A DNA stretch of 64,000 nt from a virus, in the IMG/VR virus record IMGVR_UViG_3300048588_000891, positions 3,563 to 67,562 of that record; one strand, 5' to 3'. Positions 19,601-29,587 of the stretch are shown in pieces (positions within the stretch are counted from its first letter, which is position 1; each line of letters starts with the position of its first letter). The position numbers and the translations under genes were made by a program. The notes beneath the pieces are model-generated. The model was given only the letters and a program-made list of their open reading frames with translations. It was not told where the DNA came from and did not search any database.

Positions 19601-20317
19601 TTAAACGATCGCGCAGGCTAAGAGGAATGCAAAATCAGAAAATTCCTCGCATTTTGATGGCTTTTCAGTTTCTTCCTTGAAGAGGTCAGAGAGGTCCTTG
19701 TTTGCATTCATCATAATCATTCTGCCTCTTTGTGCTTTCTCTGCAGTTGTCCTGAAGACCCTGCAAGCCATCATGTCCGATTCTTTTGTTGTATAGGCTG
19801 AATCGAGAACGAATCGACCTAAATTTCTGACGCTTCCCTCGTCCAGTAGCTCGTTGTGCGTATTTGAAGCATGGATCATCCCGTTGTCAATCGAGACGTA
19901 ACCACTGTTGATAAATTTCTCCATGACGACGTTGTAATTGGCGCCAAGGAAGGTGGATGCGAAATCGACCGACATCGTTTCTGCAGTCGAAATTTTTATC
20001 ACAAACCACGCATCATCACTGCTGTCGATCCGAAGTCCGCTTGGCTTGGTTGCCGCCAAGTTGCGAGTTCGAGCATCGGTAAATAGCTCATCAAGCAGGG
20101 AATAGACGAATTCTTTGGGACAAATTGCCGTGAGCAGGCGATAACATGTGGTAAATGAAGGGTTCGCTTCACCTCGTAAAATCTTTCTTAGGTTTGAAGT
20201 GGCGAGGCCGGTCTCAGCATAGATTTTCTGCAGCGTGTTGCCATTCTTGGGATTGTGCCACTTGTGAAGCTCCTGCCGAACATGTTCCCTGAGTTCTGTT
20301 ATCCCAATTTCATTCAT
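19601..20317 (-). CDS. XRE-like HTH regulator 1 with C-terminal domain (resembles TIGR02147/DUF4423-type proteins); occupies the repressor position
   Basis: TLQKIYAETGLATSNLRKILRGEANPSFTT HTH; same architecture as 39273..40004; divergent from the replication gene. Confidence 0.75.
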   Translation of the reverse strand: MNEIGITELREHVRQELHKWHNPKNGNTLQKIYAETGLATSNLRKILRGEANPSFTTCYRLLTAICPKEFVYSLLDELFTDARTRNLAATKPSGLRIDSSDDAWFVIKISTAETMSVDFASTFLGANYNVVMEKFINSGYVSIDNGMIHASNTHNELLDEGSVRNLGRFVLDSAYTTKESDMMACRVFRTTAEKAQRGRMIMMNANKDLSDLFKEETEKPSKCEEFSDFAFLLACAIV

Positions 20318-20384
20318 TCCTAATGGCTCCCAATCTCTAATTCACAGCGAGTATGTCTTGAGATGGAGACATCAGCAACTGGTA

Positions 20385-20446
20385 ACCGCCTCTGAGAGGC
20401 GGTCGTAACACGTTTTTTGGGGAGCAACCGCCTCTGAGAGGCGGTT
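20385..20446. promoter_or_regulatory. Two identical palindromic operators ACCGCCTCT-G-AGAGGCGGT
   Basis: Copies at 20385-20403 and 20427-20445, centres 42 bp apart, upstream of regulator 1. Confidence 0.85.
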
Positions 20447-20873
20447 GAAATTTGCCGTAACCATTGGGGAATTGGGTGTTGTTGGGCTTGCCTTTTTTCT
20501 GACACTGAAGCATATAGAAGACAGAGACTCCCCTATGACCTAAGTGTTTGGCGACGCTGGTCAGCAGGGGAGTCGATGAACCGAGCAAAGTGTTGCCCTG
20601 TTCAAGGTTCAATGTTTATGTGCGAAGAGTACGTAACATTTCCTTTCGGGTCAACACTAAGAAGCCGGAACGCTTGAAATTATTCGAGACGGACTATACG
20701 TGTTGACCATCAAAGGAATGATTATGAACACACCAGCCACTGCCTTTCTGAAATATTCTTCCATGATAGTTACCACATGCGATCTTCACAGTCAGACTTC
20801 ATAACTTCCACCGGCAGTAAACTGTTGGCGTGTGTCAAATCCTGCCATTAATCTTCACGGTTAATGATGTTCT

Positions 20874-23168
20874 GTGATCCGTGACACGCATCACTGCTCT
20901 ACTGACAGATTTCTACTGTTTTTCAAGGCTGAAGTGGATTGGTCTGCTTCGCATCGGGCGGAGCTTTGTCTGGAGTGTTCTGTGAGTGCAGCAACGGAGT
21001 TATTCGCAACGAGCACAGTTCGTCGACTGCGGGAGCAATCCTATTCTCTGCAGCGCGATGGTCATTTCTGGGTGACGTCCTGGAAGATGGTGGCTGCGTT
21101 GGGTCAACGTGAGCTTCTTGTACTTGGCTATCTTGGTTCGGCTGACCCAGCCGACCATCCTTCCCGTGCGGAATTGGGAACGAACCTGGGGATCCAGGGA
21201 AAACGAACTCAGAAGATTCTGGATGATCTACATGCGCGGCGAATCCTGTTCCGCGACTTTGTCGCCTATGGACGCCGGGACAAATCGCTTTGGCATCTTT
21301 CTCATCCAGGCTGGTGGCAGGGATGCAGCGGCTTTACCCCGGATGCCTCGACCACCGACCCCGCTTCCTATCAATCGCTGCAGTTCATGCGCGATCGGGA
21401 TAGAAAGCGTATCAATCAACTTCGATCCTTCATTCTCGCGCAGGACGATACCGTGCGCGTGCCAAATCTCCTTTTCAGAATGCCGGTCAGCTGGCGGGCA
21501 AAGTACCTCTATATTCGTCTGCTCTTTCTTGGGGAGAACATACAGCCTACCGTTGATGAGCTGGCGGCTCTGGTGGGCTGGGACTGGCGGACGGTGCGCT
21601 CGGCGATGAATGAACTGTCCGACCACCAAATGATCGCAATTCAGACGGCTGACACCCGGGTCTTCACAGGCTGGAAACGTCACTATTTGCACCTAACGGA
21701 CTGCTACGACTGGAGGCATGATCAGGCAAAGATGCAGTTCTCCGCGCCCAAAGTTTCCCGGGTTCGATCCCTTGATCTTTCTCCATCCGAGCCGCGGTGG
21801 CGAGCGATCAAAAAGCAGATGTTTACGCCGCACCGCGCCGACGCGGGCAGCTACACCGTGTCATTCCAATTTGATGGACAGCACTATAGTGCGCCTTTTT
21901 TTTGTGACAACGGGAACTACGAAACTGCATTCGGGAACTGCGAGGCTGCAAAAGGGAACTGCGAAGCTGCAGAACTTTCCCTGATGAACCCGGTGCAGGC
22001 CCCGGCCCGCAAGGGCTCGGGGACCTATAAGAAAGCATATCAAGATAGCCCGCAAGAATGCATTCGCGTGCGCGCGTGCGTGGATGACAGTAATGCCGGT
22101 ATTTCAAAAGCCCGGGCCATTTCGATCGCGGAAGGAGCGAGGGACGTCTGGGTCTGGGAAAGCTTTAAATGCGACCGTGCTCTCTGGACCGACGAGGTGC
22201 AGACGTTTGCGAACACATACGGCGAGGCTGATGCCAGGCGGCTGGTGGCTTATGCCAACGAAGTTCTTCTGGCAAGAGGCCGCCGCCGACTTGCGTACAA
22301 TGTCACGTCGATTGGAATGTTGATTGCCGGATTTCTCGATCAAATCCCGGCATCCGAATTCGGCAAAGACAGGGCCGCTTACGCGGCAAATCCGGCTCTT
22401 GAATGCGAAGTTTTGGCGCATACCTCCCATTCAAGCGCAACTGCCTTCATAACCGCCGCTGACGGAACACTGCCTCTGCCATCAACCGGGATGGAATCAG
22501 CGGAACCTGGGCCGGTTTCTGCGGCGATGGAGGCTCAACCTGAATCGGTCGACCTCCCTGTGGCGCCCGATCGGGATCCGCTCGCAAACCTGCCGGCGGA
22601 TGAAGATCGCCTGCGCTGGGTCGTGGGCCGCATGCTGCCAAAACTCGGCAAAAGCCAGAAGGCTGACCTGCGGGATCTCTGGCAGAAGCACGGACCACGC
22701 GGTGCTGTCCTAAGGTTCGCCGGCAAGTCGGACGAAAATTGCCTGGCTGTCATGGGGGCATCGAACGAGCTCTCGAAAGTAGGGATCTTGAGAAGCGCGG
22801 ACATCCCGCGGCTGCCCTGGGAAAATCCAAAACCTGCCGAGGGCGATTCTCAAACCATGGCCACAGACTGCGCGCCCGCACAGGAAAACTCCGCGGCCTC
22901 GAGTACGGACAGCCATTCGACTCTTCTGAGCGATTTCCGCGCATGCCAGGAGCGGAGGCTTGCCGGCGAAAAAGCCTCCGAGGGCACGCCCATCACCCGG
23001 GCTCGTCTCAATAATGCGTTCGCTGTACTCGCCCGCGACATGAAATTCAGCGCTCGCACCAGGATGCTGATGGAACTTGGGAAGCTGAACGACGCCGATC
23101 TGTGGTCACGCCTTGCGGAAACTTTCACCGAACCGATGCTTTTGGAGGTGCTCCGTGACATCCCCTGA
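20874..23168 (+). CDS. Large phage replication-initiator-like protein with wHTH domains (start uncertain)
   Basis: VPNLLFRMPVSWRAKYLYIRLL...PTVDELAALVGWDWRTVRSAMNELSDHQMI is typical of phage initiator N-terminal HTHs; internal 21-bp repeats. Confidence 0.65.
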   Translation: MIRDTHHCSTDRFLLFFKAEVDWSASHRAELCLECSVSAATELFATSTVRRLREQSYSLQRDGHFWVTSWKMVAALGQRELLVLGYLGSADPADHPSRAELGTNLGIQGKRTQKILDDLHARRILFRDFVAYGRRDKSLWHLSHPGWWQGCSGFTPDASTTDPASYQSLQFMRDRDRKRINQLRSFILAQDDTVRVPNLLFRMPVSWRAKYLYIRLLFLGENIQPTVDELAALVGWDWRTVRSAMNELSDHQMIAIQTADTRVFTGWKRHYLHLTDCYDWRHDQAKMQFSAPKVSRVRSLDLSPSEPRWRAIKKQMFTPHRADAGSYTVSFQFDGQHYSAPFFCDNGNYETAFGNCEAAKGNCEAAELSLMNPVQAPARKGSGTYKKAYQDSPQECIRVRACVDDSNAGISKARAISIAEGARDVWVWESFKCDRALWTDEVQTFANTYGEADARRLVAYANEVLLARGRRRLAYNVTSIGMLIAGFLDQIPASEFGKDRAAYAANPALECEVLAHTSHSSATAFITAADGTLPLPSTGMESAEPGPVSAAMEAQPESVDLPVAPDRDPLANLPADEDRLRWVVGRMLPKLGKSQKADLRDLWQKHGPRGAVLRFAGKSDENCLAVMGASNELSKVGILRSADIPRLPWENPKPAEGDSQTMATDCAPAQENSAASSTDSHSTLLSDFRACQERRLAGEKASEGTPITRARLNNAFAVLARDMKFSARTRMLMELGKLNDADLWSRLAETFTEPMLLEVLRDIP
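21912..21974 (+). repeat. Three 21-bp direct repeats GGGAACTRCGARRCTGCA; candidate lytic-origin iterons
   Basis: Start at 21912, 21933 and 21954 inside the initiator gene. Confidence 0.75.
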
Positions 23169-23412
23169 TGACGTCATCTGCACCGCCTGCAGGCACATCA
23201 CACGGCTGATCCAAATGTACCGGATCGAGCCCTACGAATGGCCGCTGATGCAGCGCGAAAGCCCTGAACTCTGGCAAAGGATTGATCAGCTCGAGTGGCT
23301 TGGACCACTCCCGCTCGAGGAGACCCAAAAATTCCATCGAATCCTGATCATGAACTACGAACGCATGTTCATGCGTCGTGCATCGAGACGGGAGACAAGG
23401 CATGCAGCCTGA
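23155..23412 (+). CDS. Hypothetical protein
   Basis: GGAGG RBS and GTG start overlapping the initiator gene end. Confidence 0.5.
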   Translation: MTSPDDVICTACRHITRLIQMYRIEPYEWPLMQRESPELWQRIDQLEWLGPLPLEETQKFHRILIMNYERMFMRRASRRETRHAA

Positions 23413-23548
23413 AATGATTCCGCTCAAGGGAAGATCGCAGCTCAGAATACTTCATGATGCAGTTTCGATCATTGGAATGGGACGACAAGACCGAAGCAAA
23501 AATTCATGAATTTTCGCAAAGGATTGTGGCTCAAGGTGGAAACGCGGA

Positions 23549-25684
23549 TTGGGTGCATCGTACACTCGACGAGTTTCGAGGAAAACTTCACAACAGAAAA
23601 AAATCCGACTGGAGCCGCTGATGAACGGAATGATTGATTTGGGCGCTGGAAACCGGCTTTACACAGTGCGGGATTGGATCCGCGATTTGGGTGGGAAATT
23701 CGACTCTGCCCGTCGTGTCTGGATGGTGCCTGCTGCGAAGGAAGTTGAGGCGAGAAGAATCATCGCTGACACCTCGATTGGCCCAAAGCCTCTGCAGCGT
23801 ACCGCGGTGTCTATTCGCGAACCACAGCTCCAGCTTATTCCTCTCGATATGGACGAAGACGAGCTGACCCTTACGACGGAGATGCCTGTTTACCCGGCCC
23901 GCTCCGCAGCCACGCAGCCAAAAGTCCTGGTGCCCCAAATCGCAAATCTTTCCCTCGATCCGACTCCGGAGCAGGTGGCTTTGATTCAGGCGTTCGGTTC
24001 GAACAGCGGCGATTTGATTGCGCCGGCATTCGCTGGATCCGGTAAAACCACGACGCTGATCCTGCTGGCACGCGCCTATCCGAACGTGCGTTTTCTCTAT
24101 CTATGCTTCAATCGCAAAAATGCGGACGAAGCGAAAGGGAAATTCCCGCCGAACGTCCAGGTGATGACCGCCCATTCGCTGGCCTACCGATATCTGGGCC
24201 TTGGTCAGCATCAGCATAAGCTGAACATGGGGAAGTATGATTTTGAGTGCCTCTTCATGCAGATCTTCGATGACTCGGGCGATCCGATCCGGATGCCAGG
24301 GATCAACGAAAAGCAATATATCGATCTCCTTCGTGAGGCCGTGAAGTCCTTTGAGTCCTCGATGGAAGAACAAATCTCAGTAAAACCTGACGATCGCATC
24401 GCAAGGCTGGTATCTGCCGCCTTCATCCTTTCCCAGAAAGGTGTGGACGGATTAAAAACCGATATTGAAAAAGTCATCAATCAGTTCATCGAACGATATC
24501 CTTCGATCAAGGACCGTTATCCAGAGCTTATCGCTTCACTGGAGACGATCGACCGGGACCGTCGCCGCAACGTACTGTCGACGATTCGCTCGGTGAACCC
24601 CGGCGCGCTTGCGGTCATGGTCGCCTATTACCAGTCCGAGCTGCTCGCAGAGAAACTTGGTCAGTTCATCAGACAGCTCCAGGATCATGCAGAGAAGTTT
24701 TTTCGCCTTCAGACTGACCTCGAGAGTTCGGTGCCTTTCGAGCACTCCACTTATCTGAAAATGTATCAGCTGTCCCGCCCGGAGATCCGCGGATTCGATG
24801 CGATCCTGTTCGATGAATCTCAGGATGCCAATCCTGTGATCCTTGATATCGTCAGGCGGCAGACAATGCGGAAGGTCTGGGTGGGTGATCAGCATCAGTC
24901 CATCTATGAATTCACTGGTGCGATCAATACCATCGAAGGACTCATTGAGCAGGGGATCCTGGCCCTGCCGCTGACTCAGAGTTTCCGGTTTGGCCCTGGT
25001 GTGGCGGCGCTCGCCAACCGGGTGCTTGCGCTGAAATACCGCTACTGCCGAGCGAAGTTCAGGGCCGGGTCGATCCCGAAGATTATCGGTGCAGGATCCG
25101 AAGAGGCCCAGGGGAGCACAGCGATTCTTTGCCGGTCCAACGTCGGCGTTCTCCAGGAGGCCCTTGCAAATCTCCGCGGCGATATCTACTTTGCCGACTG
25201 CCTTCCCCACGCTTACCTCCTGTCGATGCTTGATATCTACCGGCTGAAGATGAAGCTTCCGATCCTGAACCACGAGTCGCAATATTATGGCTTCACCAAT
25301 GTCGAGGAGCTTAAGCACGAGGCTGACCTTCGGGGCGATGTTGACACCATGCGAGCCCTCACGCTTCTCGAGAAGATGGGAGCTGAGGACTTCAAGGACG
25401 CTGTGGAATCGCTGATCGAGATCGCCAAAAATGCAAAGAAAACAGCGGCCACCCATATCCTGACAGCTCACAAGGCAAAAGGTTTGGAATGGGCCAACGT
25501 CCGTTTGTCCAATGACTTCGTTTCCCGGTTCGTTGAAAAGGATGGCCGGATGCGGAAGGAAGTTGCTGAGCAGGAAATCAATCTGCTCTATGTTGCGGTC
25601 ACCAGGGCAAGGAACCATGTGTCCTTGCCATTTGAACTTGATGAAATATTGTCGATCGGAGTAAGTGAAGTTGGATTTTTTTAA
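23549..25684 (+). CDS. UvrD/Rep-family SF1 helicase
   Basis: AFAGSGKTTT, FDESQD, VGDQHQSIY, LTQSFRFG, HKAKGLEW, LYVAVTRA. Confidence 0.95.
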   Translation: MGASYTRRVSRKTSQQKKIRLEPLMNGMIDLGAGNRLYTVRDWIRDLGGKFDSARRVWMVPAAKEVEARRIIADTSIGPKPLQRTAVSIREPQLQLIPLDMDEDELTLTTEMPVYPARSAATQPKVLVPQIANLSLDPTPEQVALIQAFGSNSGDLIAPAFAGSGKTTTLILLARAYPNVRFLYLCFNRKNADEAKGKFPPNVQVMTAHSLAYRYLGLGQHQHKLNMGKYDFECLFMQIFDDSGDPIRMPGINEKQYIDLLREAVKSFESSMEEQISVKPDDRIARLVSAAFILSQKGVDGLKTDIEKVINQFIERYPSIKDRYPELIASLETIDRDRRRNVLSTIRSVNPGALAVMVAYYQSELLAEKLGQFIRQLQDHAEKFFRLQTDLESSVPFEHSTYLKMYQLSRPEIRGFDAILFDESQDANPVILDIVRRQTMRKVWVGDQHQSIYEFTGAINTIEGLIEQGILALPLTQSFRFGPGVAALANRVLALKYRYCRAKFRAGSIPKIIGAGSEEAQGSTAILCRSNVGVLQEALANLRGDIYFADCLPHAYLLSMLDIYRLKMKLPILNHESQYYGFTNVEELKHEADLRGDVDTMRALTLLEKMGAEDFKDAVESLIEIAKNAKKTAATHILTAHKAKGLEWANVRLSNDFVSRFVEKDGRMRKEVAEQEINLLYVAVTRARNHVSLPFELDEILSIGVSEVGFF

Positions 25685-26540
25685 AAAATACGGGTTTGAC
25701 CCGCACTGTGCCATCTGCATGTATCAAGGCATCCAGATGTCCTGGACGATGTCCGCCACGGCATTTGCCAGGACGGGGATGATATCAAATCTCTTTGTGG
25801 ATGACTTTTTTGAAGAAGTTAATCGTTTGGCCAACATCGACAAGGTAGCGGCAGTCATGGTGAAGCTTCTCGATATGAAGATGTTCGATACGCTTGACGG
25901 CAGAAGAATCTTTCCATCCTTCATGTCGGACTATGAGAAATTTTATTCCCTTGGCCGGTACGTTGGCATGGTGTTTTTCAATTCCGTAATCGGCGCAATT
26001 TATAAAGTTATAAAAGACGAGAAACGCGAAATCTTCAGCAAAGAGAAGTTTGCCACTTTTTTAAAGGATTTCCCGCCTGAAGAAATGAGGCGCGAGTATG
26101 CCGCATGTGGTGATGAGCCCCTTCCAACAACCTACCACTTCTCCAAGCGCCAGGATACCAATGTAGTTAAATTGAAGCACAGCAAGGGAGGTAATGAGAC
26201 GGGAGAAAAGAAAACCTCGTCCGAAGCCAATTTCTGTCTGCTGATTTCAGCGGCAAGAGATAGAGTCATAATCCATGACGGATATAAGCTTCCGGTAAAA
26301 GGGTATGAGGTTTTAGCTTCAAATATAAACCTTGCTCTTGGGGAGGATGAAGAGGCTTCGACCCATGATCCCGAAACGGAAAACACCGTCCTGGGCATGA
26401 TACTTTATGCGATGGAAAGTACCGGATTTATAGTCAGGCGTCTGAAGCGGAATGGCTTCATTAGCGGCGGTGGATGTCCTCCCGGTGGTCCTTTCGAGAT
26501 TGAAGAGCCGGATTCGGGGACCGAGGACGTCGACGATTGA
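25665..26540 (+). CDS. Hypothetical protein
   Basis: 291-aa ORF overlapping the helicase end. Confidence 0.6.
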   Translation: MKLDFFKKYGFDPHCAICMYQGIQMSWTMSATAFARTGMISNLFVDDFFEEVNRLANIDKVAAVMVKLLDMKMFDTLDGRRIFPSFMSDYEKFYSLGRYVGMVFFNSVIGAIYKVIKDEKREIFSKEKFATFLKDFPPEEMRREYAACGDEPLPTTYHFSKRQDTNVVKLKHSKGGNETGEKKTSSEANFCLLISAARDRVIIHDGYKLPVKGYEVLASNINLALGEDEEASTHDPETENTVLGMILYAMESTGFIVRRLKRNGFISGGGCPPGGPFEIEEPDSGTEDVDD

Positions 26541-26571
26541 GCAGGCGGCATGGATAACTCCGGGGCATAAA

Positions 26572-26820
26572 ATGGCAGAAAAACGATCTTCCTTGAGCTT
26601 CGACAAAATCCGAAAGCCGGAAAGAGGCGCCTACAGCGAGGCGCCGGGTCGTGTGGCTCCCTATGCCCGCTCGGGCACCCGCGTTTTGATAGATGGCCGC
26701 TACCACGGCATGATCCTGAGAGCCAGGAAAACCAGAGTGTATGTCTACATAGAAGAGACTCGCGAGGAACGGTCATTTCTCATTCCAAATGATAGGGTGG
26801 TTTATGAGAAGCAGGTTTGA
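26572..26820 (+). CDS. Small KOW/SH3-like protein
   Basis: GTRVLIDGRYHGMILRARKTRVYVYIE beta-rich pattern. Confidence 0.4.
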   Translation: MAEKRSSLSFDKIRKPERGAYSEAPGRVAPYARSGTRVLIDGRYHGMILRARKTRVYVYIEETREERSFLIPNDRVVYEKQV

Positions 26821-27090
26821 AGTCGAAGATGGGGGTAGCAGCAGTGGTGGTCCTCCAGCGATAGCATGAGAACGAAATGAGTTGATTCGATTCGCTGCGC
26901 TTTCTCTAAATGCTTTGTATGATAAGCGTTTCGTGTGCCATCGCAGAGAACATTCTTTTTGAGATTGCATGCTGATTTTTGATGAATTCAGATTGCTGTT
27001 AGGGCAGATTCTTCTCCATCGAACAAACGGTGTTTGTTGTTCGATCCCCTTTGGTCACTCTAGAGCCGGCTTTCTCCCTAAGGAAAACGT

Positions 27091-27804
27091 ATGAACTCAA
27101 AATCCATCCTCTTTTGTGCATTTGCTGTGTCCAGTCCTGCCCTTGGTGTCTTTGTTGAGGCGAAAGTTGGACATCAGAACCTAAAGTTTGGAGCCAAATC
27201 TGTAAGGTCGGATCTGGAAATGGAATATGTCGGCACCGATGGCCAGCGTGTCGCTGAGAAAAAAACAGAGCGTGAACCGAACAGGGATGCATTTGAAAAT
27301 GCGGCAGTGGGTGGAGTCAGAGTGGGTGAGGATTTCGAAGATTTCACTCTTGCTGCCGATTTGGATTTCGCTCGTTATAACTCGCAGCCCAAGACGTGGA
27401 TTGATTTATATTCCTTAACCACGCTTGTCCACTATCCCTGGATCAAACGTGATCAATATTCAATCTACTCAGGAGTTGGTGGCAGCTTCAAGATGTTTGA
27501 TACCCATGTCGAAGTGATTGAAGAGAATGAAGAGGATTTTGCTTACAACATCGACTTTGAGGCCATGGAATCTTTCAATGGTGATTTGGTCGTCGGAGCC
27601 AAGTATCGCCCAATCGAATCGCTGGTGCTGAACGTCGAGTATAAATACTCGGACACACTTGCATCCAATGGAAACTGGGCCAGATCTTCTTCAAGAGGCC
27701 GAGATGAAAACGGAGGGACCATCCGCGCGAGTAACAGAATTGCGTTTGAAGATTTCCGCGCCACAGTTCAGGAACTGGCTCTTTTTGCCACATGGACGCT
27801 CTGA
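27091..27804 (+). CDS. Outer-membrane beta-barrel protein 1
   Basis: Signal peptide; alternating strands (YSGVGGSF, VVGAKYR, LNVEYKY); terminal FATWTL. Confidence 0.8.
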   Translation: MNSKSILFCAFAVSSPALGVFVEAKVGHQNLKFGAKSVRSDLEMEYVGTDGQRVAEKKTEREPNRDAFENAAVGGVRVGEDFEDFTLAADLDFARYNSQPKTWIDLYSLTTLVHYPWIKRDQYSIYSGVGGSFKMFDTHVEVIEENEEDFAYNIDFEAMESFNGDLVVGAKYRPIESLVLNVEYKYSDTLASNGNWARSSSRGRDENGGTIRASNRIAFEDFRATVQELALFATWTL

Positions 27805-27836
27805 GGCGAGGACTGACAGATGAAAGGGAGCAGCTC

Positions 27837-28466
27837 ATGAGCAAAACCGATTTTACAGCTGATGCCTCAGCGCTTGGCTATTTCCCGTTCATTCGATTTT
27901 CACCACTTGAGTACCTCTCGCTTCGAGAGATACATGGCGATTGGGTTTTCAAGGATCTGTTGCTGCGGCTCGACGATCCCGCCAGGATATATCCCCGGTG
28001 GGCGATCAGCTTCTGCGCAGTGGCCGCGACGATTTCTCGGGAAGCGCTGATTGCCTCAAGCAACATTTATTCCCTCGTGACTGAAGCACCCGCCTTTAAA
28101 TCAAGACGTGAGCATCTGCGCTCCTTTCAGCGGACGTTCTTCGGATCCGTCTGGCAGAAGGTGAAGGCCGGTACCCTGGACCTGCCAGTCGCAGGCCAGA
28201 GCATCGTCAGAGAAGATTACGAACGCTGGCGCGCTCTCCTTGCCGCAGGGCAGAATGAGGTTCACGAGAAACGAGCAAAGTCTTCACGAAATTCGGTGAA
28301 GCCGAAACCGGCTGTCCAAAAAAAGAAAAACAGGCCGGCTCAGGATCGGACACTCGTCGTGATCAGAAGCCAGGGGGGATCACAGTCCCCGCCCAAACCG
28401 GCATCCCGGAATGTCTGGCGGAACCCCAGGCCCGGCGAGCCACTTGACGTGAGGCGGCGCATTTAA
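27837..28466 (+). CDS. Hypothetical protein with basic C-terminus
   Basis: GGGAG RBS; co-oriented ORF. Confidence 0.55.
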   Translation: MSKTDFTADASALGYFPFIRFSPLEYLSLREIHGDWVFKDLLLRLDDPARIYPRWAISFCAVAATISREALIASSNIYSLVTEAPAFKSRREHLRSFQRTFFGSVWQKVKAGTLDLPVAGQSIVREDYERWRALLAAGQNEVHEKRAKSSRNSVKPKPAVQKKKNRPAQDRTLVVIRSQGGSQSPPKPASRNVWRNPRPGEPLDVRRRI

Positions 28467-28476
28467 GGGGAATGGT

Positions 28477-28752
28477 ATGAGCTTGGCGGATTTGATTTTG
28501 GAATGGTTCAAAACTGGCCCGAATCGAACTGCAGCCGCGCTGTCACGGGCGACTGGCGTTCCTAAGAACACGATATCGGCCATCCTTTCCGGCAGCCGCG
28601 AGCCGGACCTCAAGACCATCCTGAGGCTGGCCAAGGTGCTGCCGAGGGAAGAAGTGATGTTAATCGCGCTCAGAGCAGTGCCGGAAATTCAGATACTCTT
28701 TGACTGCCATCCTCGCTCGAGCACAGCTTCCACGATGCAGATGTGTTCCTGA
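28477..28752 (+). CDS. Cro/XRE-type HTH protein
   Basis: TAAALSRATGVPKNTISAILSGSREPDLKTILRLA. Confidence 0.85.
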   Translation: MSLADLILEWFKTGPNRTAAALSRATGVPKNTISAILSGSREPDLKTILRLAKVLPREEVMLIALRAVPEIQILFDCHPRSSTASTMQMCS

Positions 28753-28819
28753 GAACACTGCACCACGGCAACAATCCATAAAATTAACTCTGAATCATGC
28801 AGGAATGAGCCTATTCCAA

Positions 28820-28835
28820 TGGCCCACCTCTTGCT
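28820..28835 (+). promoter_or_regulatory. Sigma54 (-24/-12) promoter
   Basis: TGGCCCACCTCTTGCT matches GG-N10-GC with TGGC and TTGC, 45 bp upstream of the barrel 2 ATG. Confidence 0.75.
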
Positions 28836-28880
28836 TGTTTGCAAATCGCGACAGCTGTCGCACACATTAAGGAGACTGAG

Positions 28881-29468
28881 ATGGTTCGTAACATGATTGC
28901 TCTCGCATCTGTCCTGGCGGCTTCCGGCGCGTTCGCGCAGGATCTTGCGATCAAGCCCAGAGTGATCCAAAGCCAGATGACACTCGACGCAAAGAGCACG
29001 GTTGACGACGAAGGCATCGAGGAAGATGCTGACGGCGGCAAGCGATGGGTGCCTGGCAAAGGCGTTGGCGTGGATCTGGATTATTCCCTGAATGAGCGCG
29101 CTCGCGTTGGCCTGGGCCTGTCCTACACCGAGTTCGACCGCTACAACATGAAGCACTTCGATACTGCTCTAGGCGGCTACGCGGCATTCGATGTTTTGAA
29201 AACGGACGCGTTCAGCCTCTATGGGAAAGCCGGTCTCAGTCTTCACCAGTTCGGCAGCGAGACCTTCAAACCTGCTTCGCTGGTCAATGCCGACCTGGGC
29301 GCTGGTGCAGCTTTTGCAGTTGCCGAAAACGTGAGCCTGGGAGCTGAATATCAGTACAGCACCACCCTGGTTAAGGATGACATGAAGGCGAAGGACTGGG
29401 ACTTCCGCGTCAAGGACCTGAGCCAGACTCGAAACGATTATTCCTTGTTTGTTGCATATAAGTTCTAA
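28881..29468 (+). CDS. Outer-membrane beta-barrel protein 2 (Ail/Lom/OmpA-TM-like)
   Basis: AAGGAG RBS; signal peptide ending AFA; LYGKAGLS, LGAGAAF, LGAEYQY; terminal VAYKF. Confidence 0.88.
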   Translation: MVRNMIALASVLAASGAFAQDLAIKPRVIQSQMTLDAKSTVDDEGIEEDADGGKRWVPGKGVGVDLDYSLNERARVGLGLSYTEFDRYNMKHFDTALGGYAAFDVLKTDAFSLYGKAGLSLHQFGSETFKPASLVNADLGAGAAFAVAENVSLGAEYQYSTTLVKDDMKAKDWDFRVKDLSQTRNDYSLFVAYKF

Positions 29469-29587
29469 TCTTCCAGCTTTCTTCAGACTCTCTGCATTCT
29501 CTCTGCATTTGTCCTTCCTATAGGGGCGGCGACTAACCCTCGCCGTCTTTCCTTTTACAATGACTATCTGAAATCCCAGTAACACGA

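Noticed and set aside
24536-25720. 394-aa minus-strand ORF (also 33768-34820, 59123-60013, 30291-31067)
   Set aside because: Antisense shadows of well-supported plus-strand genes with no motifs of their own.
27051-27066. Second sigma54 promoter before barrel 1
   Set aside because: GG-N10-GC spacing only; lacks TGGC/TTGC context and sits very close to the RBS.
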